Part shown: positions 35,679 to 47,500 of the stretch, piece by piece
How the letters are laid out: each line of letters opens with the position of its first letter
Position numbering within the stretch: position 1 is the stretch's first letter
From: Macrostomum lignano
Lineage: Eukaryota
Length of the DNA: 64,000 nucleotides
NCBI GenBank assembly: GCA_002269645.1
Contig: NIVC01002108.1
Span: 96,242-160,241 of the forward strand
Direction: 5' to 3'
Position numbers and translations under genes: made by a program
Notes under the pieces: model-generated
The model's input: the letters and a program-made list of their open reading frames with translations, nothing else
Told to the model about the DNA's origin: nothing
Database searches by the model: none

Positions 35679-37477
35679 CAGGGGTTGTCAATCTCTGGCC
35701 CGCGGGCCACATGCGGCACGCAAAGCCTCTCTAATCGGCCCTCAGGTCCTTTGAATCTTCACAATAGCAATCCGGCCCGCTCAGGGTTTGTATCTCTTCT
35801 CAGATCTCTTCTCTCATCTCACTCTTCTCATATTCCCTCCTGTCCTCTCCTAACCTCTATCCTCTCCTCTCATCTCCTCACCTCTATCCTCTCCTCTCAT
35901 CTCCTCACCTCTATCCTCTCCTCTCATCTCCTCACCTCTATCCTCTCCTCTCATCTCCTCACCTCTATCCTCTCCTCTCATCTCCTCACCTCTATCCTCT
36001 CCTCTCATCTCCTCACCTCTATCCTCTCCTCTCATCTCCTCACCTCTATCCTCTCCTCTCATCTCCTCACCTCTCTCCTCTCCTCTCATCTCCTCACCTC
36101 TCTCCTCTCCTCTCATCTCCTCACCTCTCTCCTCTCCTCTCATCTCCTCACCTCTCTCCTCTCCTCTCATCTCCTCACCTCTCTCCTCTCCTCACCTCTC
36201 TCCTCTCCTCTCATCTCCTCACCTCTCTCCTCTCCTCTCATCTCATCTCCTCACCTCTCTCCTCTCCTCTCATCTCCTCACCTCTCTCCTCTCCTCTCAT
36301 CTCCTCATCTATCTCCTCTCCTGACCTCTCTCCTCTCCTCTCATCTCCTCACCTGTCTCCTCTCCTCACCTCTCTCCTCTCCTCTCATCTCCTTACCTCT
36401 CTTCTCTCCTCACCTCTCTCCTCTCCTCTCATCTCCTCACCTCTCTCCTCTCCTCACCTCTCTCCTCTCCTCTCATCTCCTCACCTCTCTCCTCTCCTCA
36501 CCTCTCTCCTCTCCTCTCATCTCCTCACCTCTCTCCTCTCCTCTCATCTCATCTCCTCACCTCTCTCCTCTCCTCTCATCTCCTCACCTCTCTCCTCTCC
36601 TCTCATCTCCTCATCTATCTCCTCTCCTGACCTCTCTCCTCTCCTCTCATCTCCTCACCTGTCTCCTCTCCTCACCTCTCTCCTCTCCTCTCATCTCCTT
36701 ACCTCTCTTCTCTCCTCACCTCTCTCCTCTCCTCTCATCTCCTCACCTCTCTCCTCTCCTCACCTCTCTCCTCTCCTCTCATCTCCTCACCTCTCTCCTC
36801 TCCTCTCATCTCATCTCCTCACCTCTCTCCTTTCCTCTCATCTCCTCACCTCTCTCCTCTCCTCTCATCTCCTCACCTCTCCCCTCTCCTCACCTCTCTC
36901 CTCTCCTCTCATCTCCTCACCTCTCTCCTCTCCTCTCATCTCCTCACTTCTCTCCTCTCCTCACCTCTCTCCTCTCCTCTCATCTCATCTCCTCACCTCT
37001 CTCCTCTCCTCTCATCTCCTCACCTCTCTCCTATCCTCTCATCTCCTCACCTCTCTCCTCTCCTCACCTCTCTCCTCTCCTCTCATCTCCTCACCTCTCT
37101 CCTCTCCTCTCATCTCCTCACCTCTCTCCTCTTCTCTCCTCTCATCTCCTTATCTCTCTCCTCTCCTCACCTCTATCCTCTCCTCTCATCTCCTCACCTC
37201 TCTCCTATCCTCTCCTCTCATCTCCTCACCTCTCTCCTCTCCTCTCTTCACTCCTCTCATCTCCCTTTTTACTCTCCATTCTCTTCTCTCTTCACTCTTC
37301 TCTCCTCTCCTTCCCCCCTCACTCTCCTATTTCATCTCTCCTCTCGTCTACTCTCTTCTCCTTTATTCCTTCGCCTCTCCTTTCTCCTTTCGCTCGTATT
37401 TCCCAGCGAAGCGGGCCCAGAAGTCCCTGACAGTCATGCGCTAGGTTCTCAATCTGGCCCTTGGGGTAAAAAGTTTG
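35679..37477. mobile_element. hAT/Charlie-like non-autonomous element ends enclosing a polypyrimidine minisatellite
   Basis: Left end CAGGGGTTGTCAATCTCTGGCCCGCGGGCCACATGCGGC; truncated right-end motif GGCCCTTGGGGTAAAAAGTTTG. Both match from memory the typical ends of Charlie-type MITEs. No TSD visible. Confidence 0.5.
35800..37390 (+). repeat. 1.6-kb C/T-rich minisatellite (CTCCTCTCATCTCCTCACCTCTATCCT-like)
   Basis: Nearly G-free top strand. Confidence 0.93.
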
Positions 37478-37688
37478 TCTTTATGGCTTGTAGATATATA
37501 GATGTATAGATGTGTAGATAGATTCAAGCCTATAGATGTCTAAATGGCTTGAAAAATAAATTTTAAATCAAGAATTCTTCCTTCTGCATAGTCTGATCTT
37601 GCAGAGACACTTGAATTAGTGTAGTTGTCGATGGTCTAATGTTCCAGATGGTTATGAAAATATATAAATATAAAAATATATAAAATTA

Positions 37689-37806
37689 TTTCGGCCAAAC
37701 GAGAATCCGTGCAAATGAGAATTTCGGCCAACCGAGAATCGGCAAAATGAGATTCGGCAAAACGAGAATCGGCGAAACGAGAATCTGCGAAATAAGAGGT
37801 TTACCC
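37689..37806. repeat. Short subterminal-type repeat cluster (CGGCRAAACGAGAAT)n ending in GTTTACCC
   Basis: About 7 degenerate 14-16-bp units, resembling one arm of an internally repetitive MITE. No partner arm found. Confidence 0.5.
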
Positions 37807-38227
37807 ATCCCTACCCACTGGCCGCTGTACATTCTTTATTCTTATATGTACATTGATCTCTTAGGGTGTAGCAACGGTGCCCTCTCGCTCCATGAGCAGT
37901 TGTACCCTTAGCTACCATGCATCCCAAGGCTCAGAAAAGCCAAAGCCCAAAACCGACCAACACTTGTTTAAATGTCAAAGGGGCACTTGCAGGATCATGC
38001 TAAAATGAGGGGGCCTCCAGCCCCACCCCCGTGCCCCCCACCCCGGTTCCGACAGCGCCGTAGGCACCCATTTTGGCGCCCAAAGCGCTTTATTCTGCGC
38101 CCTGAAGAAAAATTATTGATTATTACCACGACCCGGGTCACAAGGTGGGGTAGGGGGGGTCAAAGAATTGGCATGTCCCCCCATTTCTTTTACTGGGGGG
38201 ACATGTCTGACGCGCCTGAACTCAGGT

Positions 38228-38865
38228 GACCGGACATTTCGTCAGCCGCCATTTCGTCAACCGGCATTTCGTCAACCAGTCATGAAGGCAAATTGCAGCT
38301 AATTATTGGAACTGCACCAGCCAGGGAATTTGAGAAGTGGTAATGCGATGTCAATTTGTTTTAAACGTGGATATTTCTTAGAAGCAAATTTTCGTAGAAA
38401 TGTTTGGTCCTACAAATTTATTCGCATTTTTATACTTCATATCCTTCTTCTCTTTGTGTCTCTTAGTGTGGGCAGTATTCCTTACCTTTAAATTTTAGCT
38501 ATTCATCTACTTTTAAAATTAACTGGTACCACAGATACTAACATACCTACTACGGCTACTAGATATAGTTCACTCTGCAAAATACACCTATAGCCGCTAT
38601 AGGCTATAAAATATAGAAATCCATGGTTGTTCATTTGTTTGGATAGGAATACCATACCATGCACATGGTTTCAGTTTCAATATTCTCTATGATAAAACTT
38701 AGAACTCAAAACTTAAACTTCAAAATGTTAATGTTAATGGCTTAACATGACAGACAAATAATATTTGGCTGGAACCAAATGTCCAGTTGCCATAAAGTCT
38801 AATTGACAAAATGCCAATTAACAAAATGCTAGTTGATGCATTGCCTGTTGACAAAATGTCCTGGA
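38228..38865. mobile_element. MITE-like element with subterminal repeats in inverted orientation
   Basis: Left GGACATTTCGTCAGC / CATTTCGTCAAC repeats at 38232-38278; right end has inverted GTTGACAAAATGTCC / ACAAAATGC repeats at about 38805-38861. Confidence 0.45.
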
Positions 38866-40205
38866 ACTCGAACTCAATGCAGGCAGCAATTCAAACTGCT
38901 AAATGGCCTCATTTCATTGGCATCGTTTAATGATAAAAACAATTTCTTTTGCAAAATGACCCCACCTGCCACCTCGAGTGCTGATAAATTTGTCAACTTT
39001 TTTTTTGTCAAGTGGCCTAGCTATACTGTATGGTAAATTTGTCAACTGGTGGTAAATTCATCAGCACTGTATAGTATGTGCAGCTGTTTCAGTGAATAGA
39101 AACAGATAAAATAGATTCATAAAACCAATGCACTGAGCTGTGTCATTGTAATGCTGGTTTTTAGGCATAGGACTTGCCTTTACTGTTGCCAGATTGGCAG
39201 ATCTTCTATTGCTAGAATGTCTTTTCGCTGGATTGATTTGAAAAGAAACAGTAGCGCATAACACTTAGCAGTCTAGGCCTACTATATACAAATGTGATAA
39301 AATATGAAATACAATAAAATTAAAAAACAATAAAACCAAGAATCTTCTATGTCAATAACAAGGGGGCAATAGCGATTAGTTTAGTCTAGATCTAAAAAAA
39401 GATCTAGTTATGATCCCAAATCTTAGTAAATTTCAATGTTAATCAATTTTACTAATTTTTATTTAACAAAAGAATGTTACATTTTTGTTTTTTATACATG
39501 TACAAATTAAACCTTTATAGTGCTTTTGCTTTTGTTTGCATCTCTGACTTTGATATATTTCATTATATTGCACATTAATTATGCACTGTGCAAACTGTGG
39601 TAAACTTGTCAATACAGTTGACAAATAAAAAGTTGACAAGTTTACCCAGATCCCTTGCCTTAATGGTATATGACTTAGCATTGGCTAGGCTAGCCAGTGC
39701 AAGCACCAAGGACTGATATTGAGTCATCAATCAATTAGACTATCTTGCAATGCACAATCATAGTTGATTTGCCAATATATATCTTAAATTTTGGATAAAA
39801 ATCTAGGTATAGGCTAAGTCTAGGCCTATCTTAGGCTATCTATAAGTATTTAGTATTAGCTTTACCCTAACATAGGCTTACCTACCTTATATGCTATAAT
39901 GCTGATATCAAACCATAGCCAATAAGCTAGCCATATGTCTCTAGAGTCAGTCTAGCCATTTGATTTAAGCTAATCAACAATCTTTAACCACCTACAATCA
40001 ACCAAAAAATTGATTTATGGCTGTCTCTATGCTTTAATTATTTTCTCTAAAAACTTTTATCAGTTTTTGATGCATGTCTCAGCTTTGCAATGAAATCTTA
40101 AACACATGATTGTCATTTGTATTTCCTAAGATACTTGTTTCCAAAATGTGTTTGTAAGGGGTGCTACTGAATTTATCTTTTGATACATCCCTGGGCCATT
40201 GGGTG

Positions 40206-40237
40206 CAACCTAGGGATTCACCCAGCCATTTCTATTG

Positions 40238-40269
<32 letters not shown>

Positions 40270-40377
40270 TTTAAGTTGCTATTGGATGGAATAGTAAGTA
40301 GTCACGTGACTGCTCTTAGCCAATAGCAACTTTTATGTGTGTTGCCAATAGAAATGGCTAGGTGAATCCCTAGGTTG
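40206..40377. repeat. About 170-bp palindromic element with central AGTCACGTGACT
   Basis: Arms CAACCTAGGGATTCACCCAGCCATTTCTATTGGTAACACAC...AAGTTGCTATTGG and CCAATAGCAACTT...GTGTGTTGCCAATAGAAATGGCTAGGTGAATCCCTAGGTTG are near-perfect reverse complements. A (CA)n expansion lies in the left arm only. Confidence 0.85.
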
Positions 40378-41281
40378 TGCATGTATGTTTTGACACTTTG
40401 CATTTATGCCATTCTTTTTTTTGTTAGGATAGAAAATTTCTGCTTATAAAATTTTAAAGCTGAATGTGGCATCAAAGTAAGTTGAATATCATAAAACATT
40501 AAATCATTTTTTGTTTAAATTATCTGTTTGAAAGAAAAAATATCTGTTAAGAAAATATGTTGCCTGTCAAGAAACCCAAATATAAAATAGGCCTATGTTT
40601 ATATAAGTGCCTAAGCCAAGGTAATATATTAGTTTATATATATATTAAGGTAATATATTGTTTTGTACTAAGACTACTTTTTATTTTTAAAGATGGAAAA
40701 CAATTTGCTTTGGTCTAAAAATTAAGGTCTAGACTAGAAGAAAATGGTATTAGAAAATATATTAATATTATTATTTAAAATATTGGGTTTGTCTAATGTT
40801 AAGCCAAATGTTAGCCAAATGTTGTCCAAAATAAATTTAATTGGAGCAGGCCTTCTTATATAACCTGTTATAGAGCTAGTTGAAAGTTTTTACAGTTTTT
40901 TATTAGGTTGGGTCCTTGAAAATGCATCAAAGTTCAAAATTCTAAGCTTGTACAGGACATTCTAATAATTATTACTATCATTTTTCGAAAGAAAAATCAT
41001 CTAATTTGATAGTCAGGCAAAATACTTAGCTTAAATATTATGCCATTAGATCTCATTATAAAAGCAGGATTTTTATACTAATTAAAAAATTATTTTCTTT
41101 GATATTTGAGGCTTTGAGTGCAGTTAATCAGCTGTGTAGTTTAAAGCTAATTTTTGTTATTATCAAATATCAATTATCATGGATTTAAAAAAACAGATTT
41201 ATGATGTACATCATAAGCAGTAGACTCCTTGTTTAATAGACGCAATTCACTAATTGGTCACTGCCTCGCTTGCATGCCATC

Positions 41282-42914
41282 ATGCCGCTGGAGTTTCTGT
41301 TCGGCCGGAAGAAGACGCCAGAAGAGATGCTGCGCCAGAACCAGCGCGCGCTCAACCGGGCGATGCGCGATCTGGACCGAGAGAAAAACCGGATGGAACA
41401 GCAGGAGAAGAAGGTGATCGCCGATATAAAGAAGCTGGCCAAACAGGGGCAGATGGACGCTGTGAAGATTATGGCCAAGGATTTGGTGAGTTGAGAACTT
41501 CGGTTGGATCCTCTTTGATGCTGGGAGAATCGCCATCAAACTGCCTCGAGAATCGCCCTCAAACTGCCCCGAGAATCGCCCTCAAACTGCCCCGAGAATC
41601 GCCCTCAAACTGACCCGAGAATCGCGCTCTAACTGCCCCGAGAATCGCCCTCTAGCTGCCTCGAGAATCGCCCTCTAAATGCTCCCGAGAATCGCCCTCC
41701 AACTGCCCCGAGAATCGTCCTCTAACTGCCCCCGAGAATCGCCCTCTAACTGCCCCCGAGAATCGCCCTCTAACTACCCGAGAATCGTCCTCTAACTGCC
41801 CCCGAGAATCGCCCTCTAACTACCCGAGAATCGTCCTCTACCTGCCCCGAGAATCGCCCTCTAAATGCTCCCGAGAATCGCCCTTCAACTGCCCCGAGAA
41901 TCGCCCTCCAACTGCCTCGAGAATCGCCCTCCAACTGCCTCGAGAATCGCCCTCTAACTGCCCCGAGAATCGCTCTCTAACTACCCGAGAATCGCCCTCT
42001 AAATGCTCCCGAGAATCGCCCTTCAACTGCCCCGAGAATCGCCCTCCAACTGCCTCGAGAATCGCCCTCTAACTGCCCCGAGAATCGCTCTCTAACTACC
42101 CGAGAATCGCCCTCTAAATGCTCCCGAGAATCGCCCTTCAACTGCCCCGAGAATCGCCCTCCAACTGCCCCGAGAATCGCCCTCTAACTACCCGAGAATC
42201 GCCCTCTAAATGCTCCCGAGAATCGCCCTTCAACTGCCCCGAGAATCGCCCTCCAACTGCCTCGAGAATCGCCCTCTAACTGCCCCGAGAATCGCCCTCT
42301 AACGGCCCCGAGAATCGCCCTCTAACTGCTCAGGAACATTCTTGCAACTTAACGCTACGTAATTAACTCTTCCTAAACACAAACTCCCAAACTCGAACGC
42401 CAACCCTGTCCAGGTGCGCACCAGAAACTACGTGAAGAAGTTCATCCTGATGCGGGCCAACATCCAGGCCATCAGCTTGAAGATCCAGACCCTCCGATCC
42501 ACCAATCAGATGGCGCAGGCCATGAAGGGCGTCACCAAGACCATGCAGCGGATGAATAAGACGATGAACCTGCCGCAGCTGCAGCAGATCATGGCCCAGT
42601 TCGAGAAGGAGTCGGAGATCATGGACATGAAGGAGGAGATGATGTCCGACGCCATCGATGACGCAATCGGCGGCGACGAGGACGAAGAAGAGACGGAGGC
42701 GGTGGTCACCAAGGTGCTAGACGAGCTGGGCATCGAGCTGACTGGCGAGCTGGCGGGCATCGGGCCGGGCGCTTCAACCATCGGCGAGTCGGCCGGAGCC
42801 GCCAAGAAGCCCGCGGCCGCTGCCGCCGCTGCCGGCGGTGCCGATGGTGGCGCGGCCGGAGGCGGCGACCTGGACGACCTGGAGTCCCGGCTGAACAATT
42901 TGAGACGCCAGTGA
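41282..42914 (+). CDS. CHMP2A: ESCRT-III subunit CHMP2A/VPS2, 2 exons, 234 aa
   Basis: Exons 41282-41485 and 42414-42914, GT-AG, in frame. Sequence LFGRKKTPEEMLRQNQRALNRAMRDLDRE...MAKDLVRTRNYVKKFILMRANIQA and C-terminal MIM1 DLESRLNNLRR. Confidence 0.96.
41535..42330 (+). repeat. CHMP2A intron 23-bp minisatellite GAGAATCGCCCTCTAACTGCCCC
   Basis: Visible tandem array. Confidence 0.93.
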
Positions 42915-44505
42915 GCGACTCCGGGTTGAAGGACAGATCAATCGCTTCGAGGTTGATTTTCCCGTGTTTCATACCATCACTTTATCTCAATTATGTATTG
43001 ATAATTTTTTGTCTATTTCTTGGAAATTGTATTCATTACTGGATTTTATTTCCTGGAAAACAGCAAAATACGTTGCCTAGGTTTTCCCAGAAAGTTTGTC
43101 GGCTATGATTTCCTGGAAAATGCATCGTCTGGTTTCCTAGAAAATAGATCTGGTCTGATTTCATGGAAAGTTCGGAAGTCGATATGATTTTTTAGAATTG
43201 ACTTGGAAATAGTACATACTTTGGATGGTCTGCGTTCCTGGTAAAAGTTGTACTTATTATTTTTGGGCAAAGCCGGGAATTCTAACCTTATTTTACTACT
43301 CTTTGAGTAGCGTAAATAGGTTTATTTTCAGTTTTTACTTTTGGGTATATTTTTGCAGTCCAAAGTGAAAAAAATTCAAAGGAATGCTAATTATATTTAT
43401 AAATGAATATTCTGAAATCGTAAAAAATTATTAAGGCAGAGCCTATAAAGGTTATTGTTTTATACTTATATTTAATTATTGATTTAATAACGCATAACAC
43501 AGTGCTAATTTGGCTGTTGTATTCGAGATCGCCCCCCTCAAAGGTTTTTAATCTCCTTTAAATAAGTTTCTGTTACCAATCTGCCCGTCTGCTTATTCCG
43601 CTTCTGTCACTCGATTGTACATTCAACTGTGCAACCTGTTTATACATACAAATGATCCGTTCTTTAAATTTTAATCCGCCTATAATCAACTACTGAGCTA
43701 AGTAGTATTTGGTTCAAGTTAAATAAACTTACAGACTCTGCGCTTATTTTATAATTTTCGACAGATTTTACTGCGCAAAAGCTTTCTGCTTATTGGGGAT
43801 TTTCCAGTTTTTATTTTCACGGCCAAGTCTAAATTTGTTTTGAACATCATTTAAGACTTCGAAACAGTTCAACAGCTAATACTGTACGTAGGGTATCTAA
43901 TCGTCATTGATGTTCCCATTGAACCATTGGAGTGATTGACAAGCCAGCAATTCTACAAATCCAAAGTTAAATTAAACAACACGAAAAACATCCTGCTGCT
44001 GTAAATTTGTGCAGATTGAAAATGAAGTTCGTCAAACCGACTGCAACACAGCAGGCCGGGTCACGGGAGCTAGGCTGGTTTCAACAGACTCAAATATATT
44101 GCTAATCGATTTCACGAAGTATTAGAGAGAGAAAAAGTGAAAAGCCAAACAGGCTTGCGCAAAAATAGACACTATATTTGGAAAGCCTAACGAATATATC
44201 AGAGGGCACAATAGTAAGAGAGATAAAAAAAACAACAAAAAAGCAAAACGGAGACAAAAATGATAGAAAAATAGTCGCATTTGATGAAAGTTCAAGTCGC
44301 TACTTAAAAGGAGTTTCGAACGTATTAATCAAGTAGTAGGGGTAGAAAATGTTGAAAAAAGTAAATCTGAACACAAAGACGCCTAAACCCTACTAGTCAG
44401 TAGTGTGCGGGCAATGGGAGTGCGGAAAACCCCAAAATAATATAATGGTGAAAACAGGGTTCACAAAGATAAGCTGTATTAAAGTACAGCTGCACACGAC
44501 ACAGC

Positions 44506-47500
44506 TCAGCGGTACTGGAACTCCATCTGGAACAGGTAGCGCTGGCACACCTGGCTCACATCGTACACGATGTACTCATTGTACAGCAGGGACAGCCCGG
44601 CCTGTCCAGCGGGCTTCGGCTTGCCCAGCGGTATCTCGGCGCCAGTCCAGGAGTCCAGCACAGTCTGCGTGGGGTCTGGCATGGTGGCGCCAACGCCTTT
44701 GGTTGACTGGTAGCCTGCCGGCAGCTTTGTGACGAACTCGGCCCGGGTGCGCTCGTACATGTTGCCGAGGGAGACCTCGGACAGCAGCATGATGGCGCGC
44801 GGCTCCGACCGGGTTGTGGCGCAGTAGTTGGCCGACTTGGTGACCATGTCGGCAAAATACACGCCCTTGCCGAACATGTAGCCGGTGGCCGGGGCTTCGG
44901 GCGGGGCGATGCGCAGGCCCTGACGGTGGGTGGGGTGGCCGTTGACAGGCATTTACAGTTGGCTATTGAATATAAGGCGGAATGTTTGACAGCAAAAAAC
45001 AGGTCACTACCGACAAGATGTAATTTATTTTTTTGTTTTACTTTAAACAGACTACTTACAGCAGTAGAAAAGTCAGGCAAAACAATTTTAACAGCTAATG
45101 ACAAAACAGCTTATCAGCTATAATTTGCAGACTAAAACACATGAAAATAAGTTACAGATAAAACTGTAGTTGACAGTTATGTATAGAGAAAACACACTGT
45201 GACAGGTATTTACAGACCACATCACACAATGACAGCTATTTACAGACTACATCACACTATGACAGCTATTTACAGACTACATCACACTGTGACAGGTATT
45301 TACAGACTACATCACACTGTGACAGGTATTTACAGACCACATCACACTATGACAGCTATTTACAGACTACATCACACTATGACAGCTATTTACAGACTAC
45401 ATCACACTATGACAGCTATTTAGACTAAAACACACTATGACAGCTATTTACAGACTACATCACACTGTGACAGGTATTTACAGACTACATCACACTGTGA
45501 CAGGTATTTACAGACTACATCACACTGTGACAGGTATTTACAGACTACATCACACTGTGACAGGTATTTACAGACTACATCACACTATGACAGCTATTTA
45601 CAGACTACATCACACTATGACAGGTATTTACAGACCACATCACACTATGACAGCTATTTACAGACTACATCACACTATGACAGCTATTTACAGACTACAT
45701 CACACTATGACAGCTATTTAGACTAAAACACACTATGACAGCTATTTACAGACTACATCACACTGTGACAGGTATTTACAGACTACATCACACTGTGACA
45801 GGTATTTACAGACTACATCACACTATGACAGCTATTTACAGACTACATCACACTATGACAGGTATTTACAGACCACATTACACTATGACAGCTATTTACA
45901 GACTAAAACACATTGACAGCTATTTACAGACTAAAACACACTATAACAGCAATTTACAGACAAAAACAGACTCAGACAGGCTACGCGGCTCACCTGAGAC
46001 AGGATGCCGGCCCAGTTAGTCCTCCTGGACCCGTGCCACAGCAGTTTCCTGTTCGGCAGCTTCTTAAACGGTTTAAATCGCTCCTCCTCGCCCTCGCGCC
46101 GCACCTTGAAGATGTTGACCACTTTGACACGGAAGGCCACATGAGTCGGAGCGTGAGTATTCTCAACGTACTCGACCAGCCGTTTGTAGTCCTCAGAGTC
46201 GGGCGGCAGGACCTCAATTTCAGAGTGCAGCTGCTTGTAGTGCGCCTCCAGCGGGTCCTCGCCGTCGCCGCCGTGAGCGGACTTGATCATGGAGTAGGCC
46301 ACCTCGATCTCCAGCAGGTTGTCCAGCATGTCCAGCTTGGCCTTGATGATCTCCTGCGTGTCCAGCATGGGCGGCCGGCGCATGCCGAAGTCGTGCGGAA
46401 TCAGCGAGTAGAAGCGGGTGGACGCCTCCAGGAACTGGGCGGTGCTGCCGCCGGCGCTGCAGATGTTGCTGAGGTCCGTCAGCACCGAGTAGGCCTCCCG
46501 GATCTGCGGGGCTCGGCAATCTCACCCTGAGACTCATGCGTATTGGAAATCTCACTACATGGAACTTGCCGCTACGAGAATTTGGAACCCCGAAACTTTC
46601 CGAGCGGATAATTTCACTTTGTGGAACTCTCCATTAAAAATCGCATCCAACGGAATTTTCCACCCAGGAAATCTTGGTATACGGAACTCTTGACTAAAGA
46701 AATCTCACCCTATTGGACTCTTCGCTTGGGAAATCTCCTCACTCTATTGGACCCTTCGCTTGGGAAATCTCACCCTATTCAGACTCTCCGCTTGGGAAAT
46801 CTCACTCTATTGGACTATTCACTTGGAAAATCTCACCCTATCGAGACTCTCCGCTTGGGAAATCTCACTCTATTGCACTCTTCACTTGGGAAATCTCAAA
46901 CTATTGGACTCTCCGCTTGAGAAATCTCACCCTATGGGACATTCCGCGTGGGAAATCTCACCCTATCCAGACTCTCCGCTTAGGAAATCTCACCTATACG
47001 AAACTCTTCAGTCGGGAAATCTCTATGGAAAACTCTATTCAGGAAATCTCATCCTATGGAAAACTCTATTCAGGAAATCTCATCCTATGGAAAACTCTAT
47101 TCAGGAAATCTCATCCTATGGAAAACTCTATTCAGGAAATCTCATCCTATGAAAAACTCTTTGCAGGAAATCTCATCCTATGGAAAACTCTATTTAGGAA
47201 ATCTCATCCTATGGAAAACTCTATTCAGGAAATCTCATCCTATGGAAAAATCTACTCAGGAAATCTCATCCTATGGAAAAATCTACTCAGGAAATCTCAT
47301 CCTATGGAAAAATCTACTCAGGAAATCTCATCCTATGGAAAACTCTTTGCAAGAAATCTCATCCTATAGAACTCTCTATTCAGGAAATCTTAGCCCTATA
47401 GAACTCTAACTAAAAATAGGAAAACTCACTCCAATGAGGAAATCTCACCCTATGGAAGTCTAACTACAAATAGGAAATCGCACTCAATGAACCCTCCAAT

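Noticed and set aside
35685-37430. 581-aa Leu/Ser ORF
   Set aside because: A pyrimidine-only tract cannot contain stop codons, so this is an artefact.
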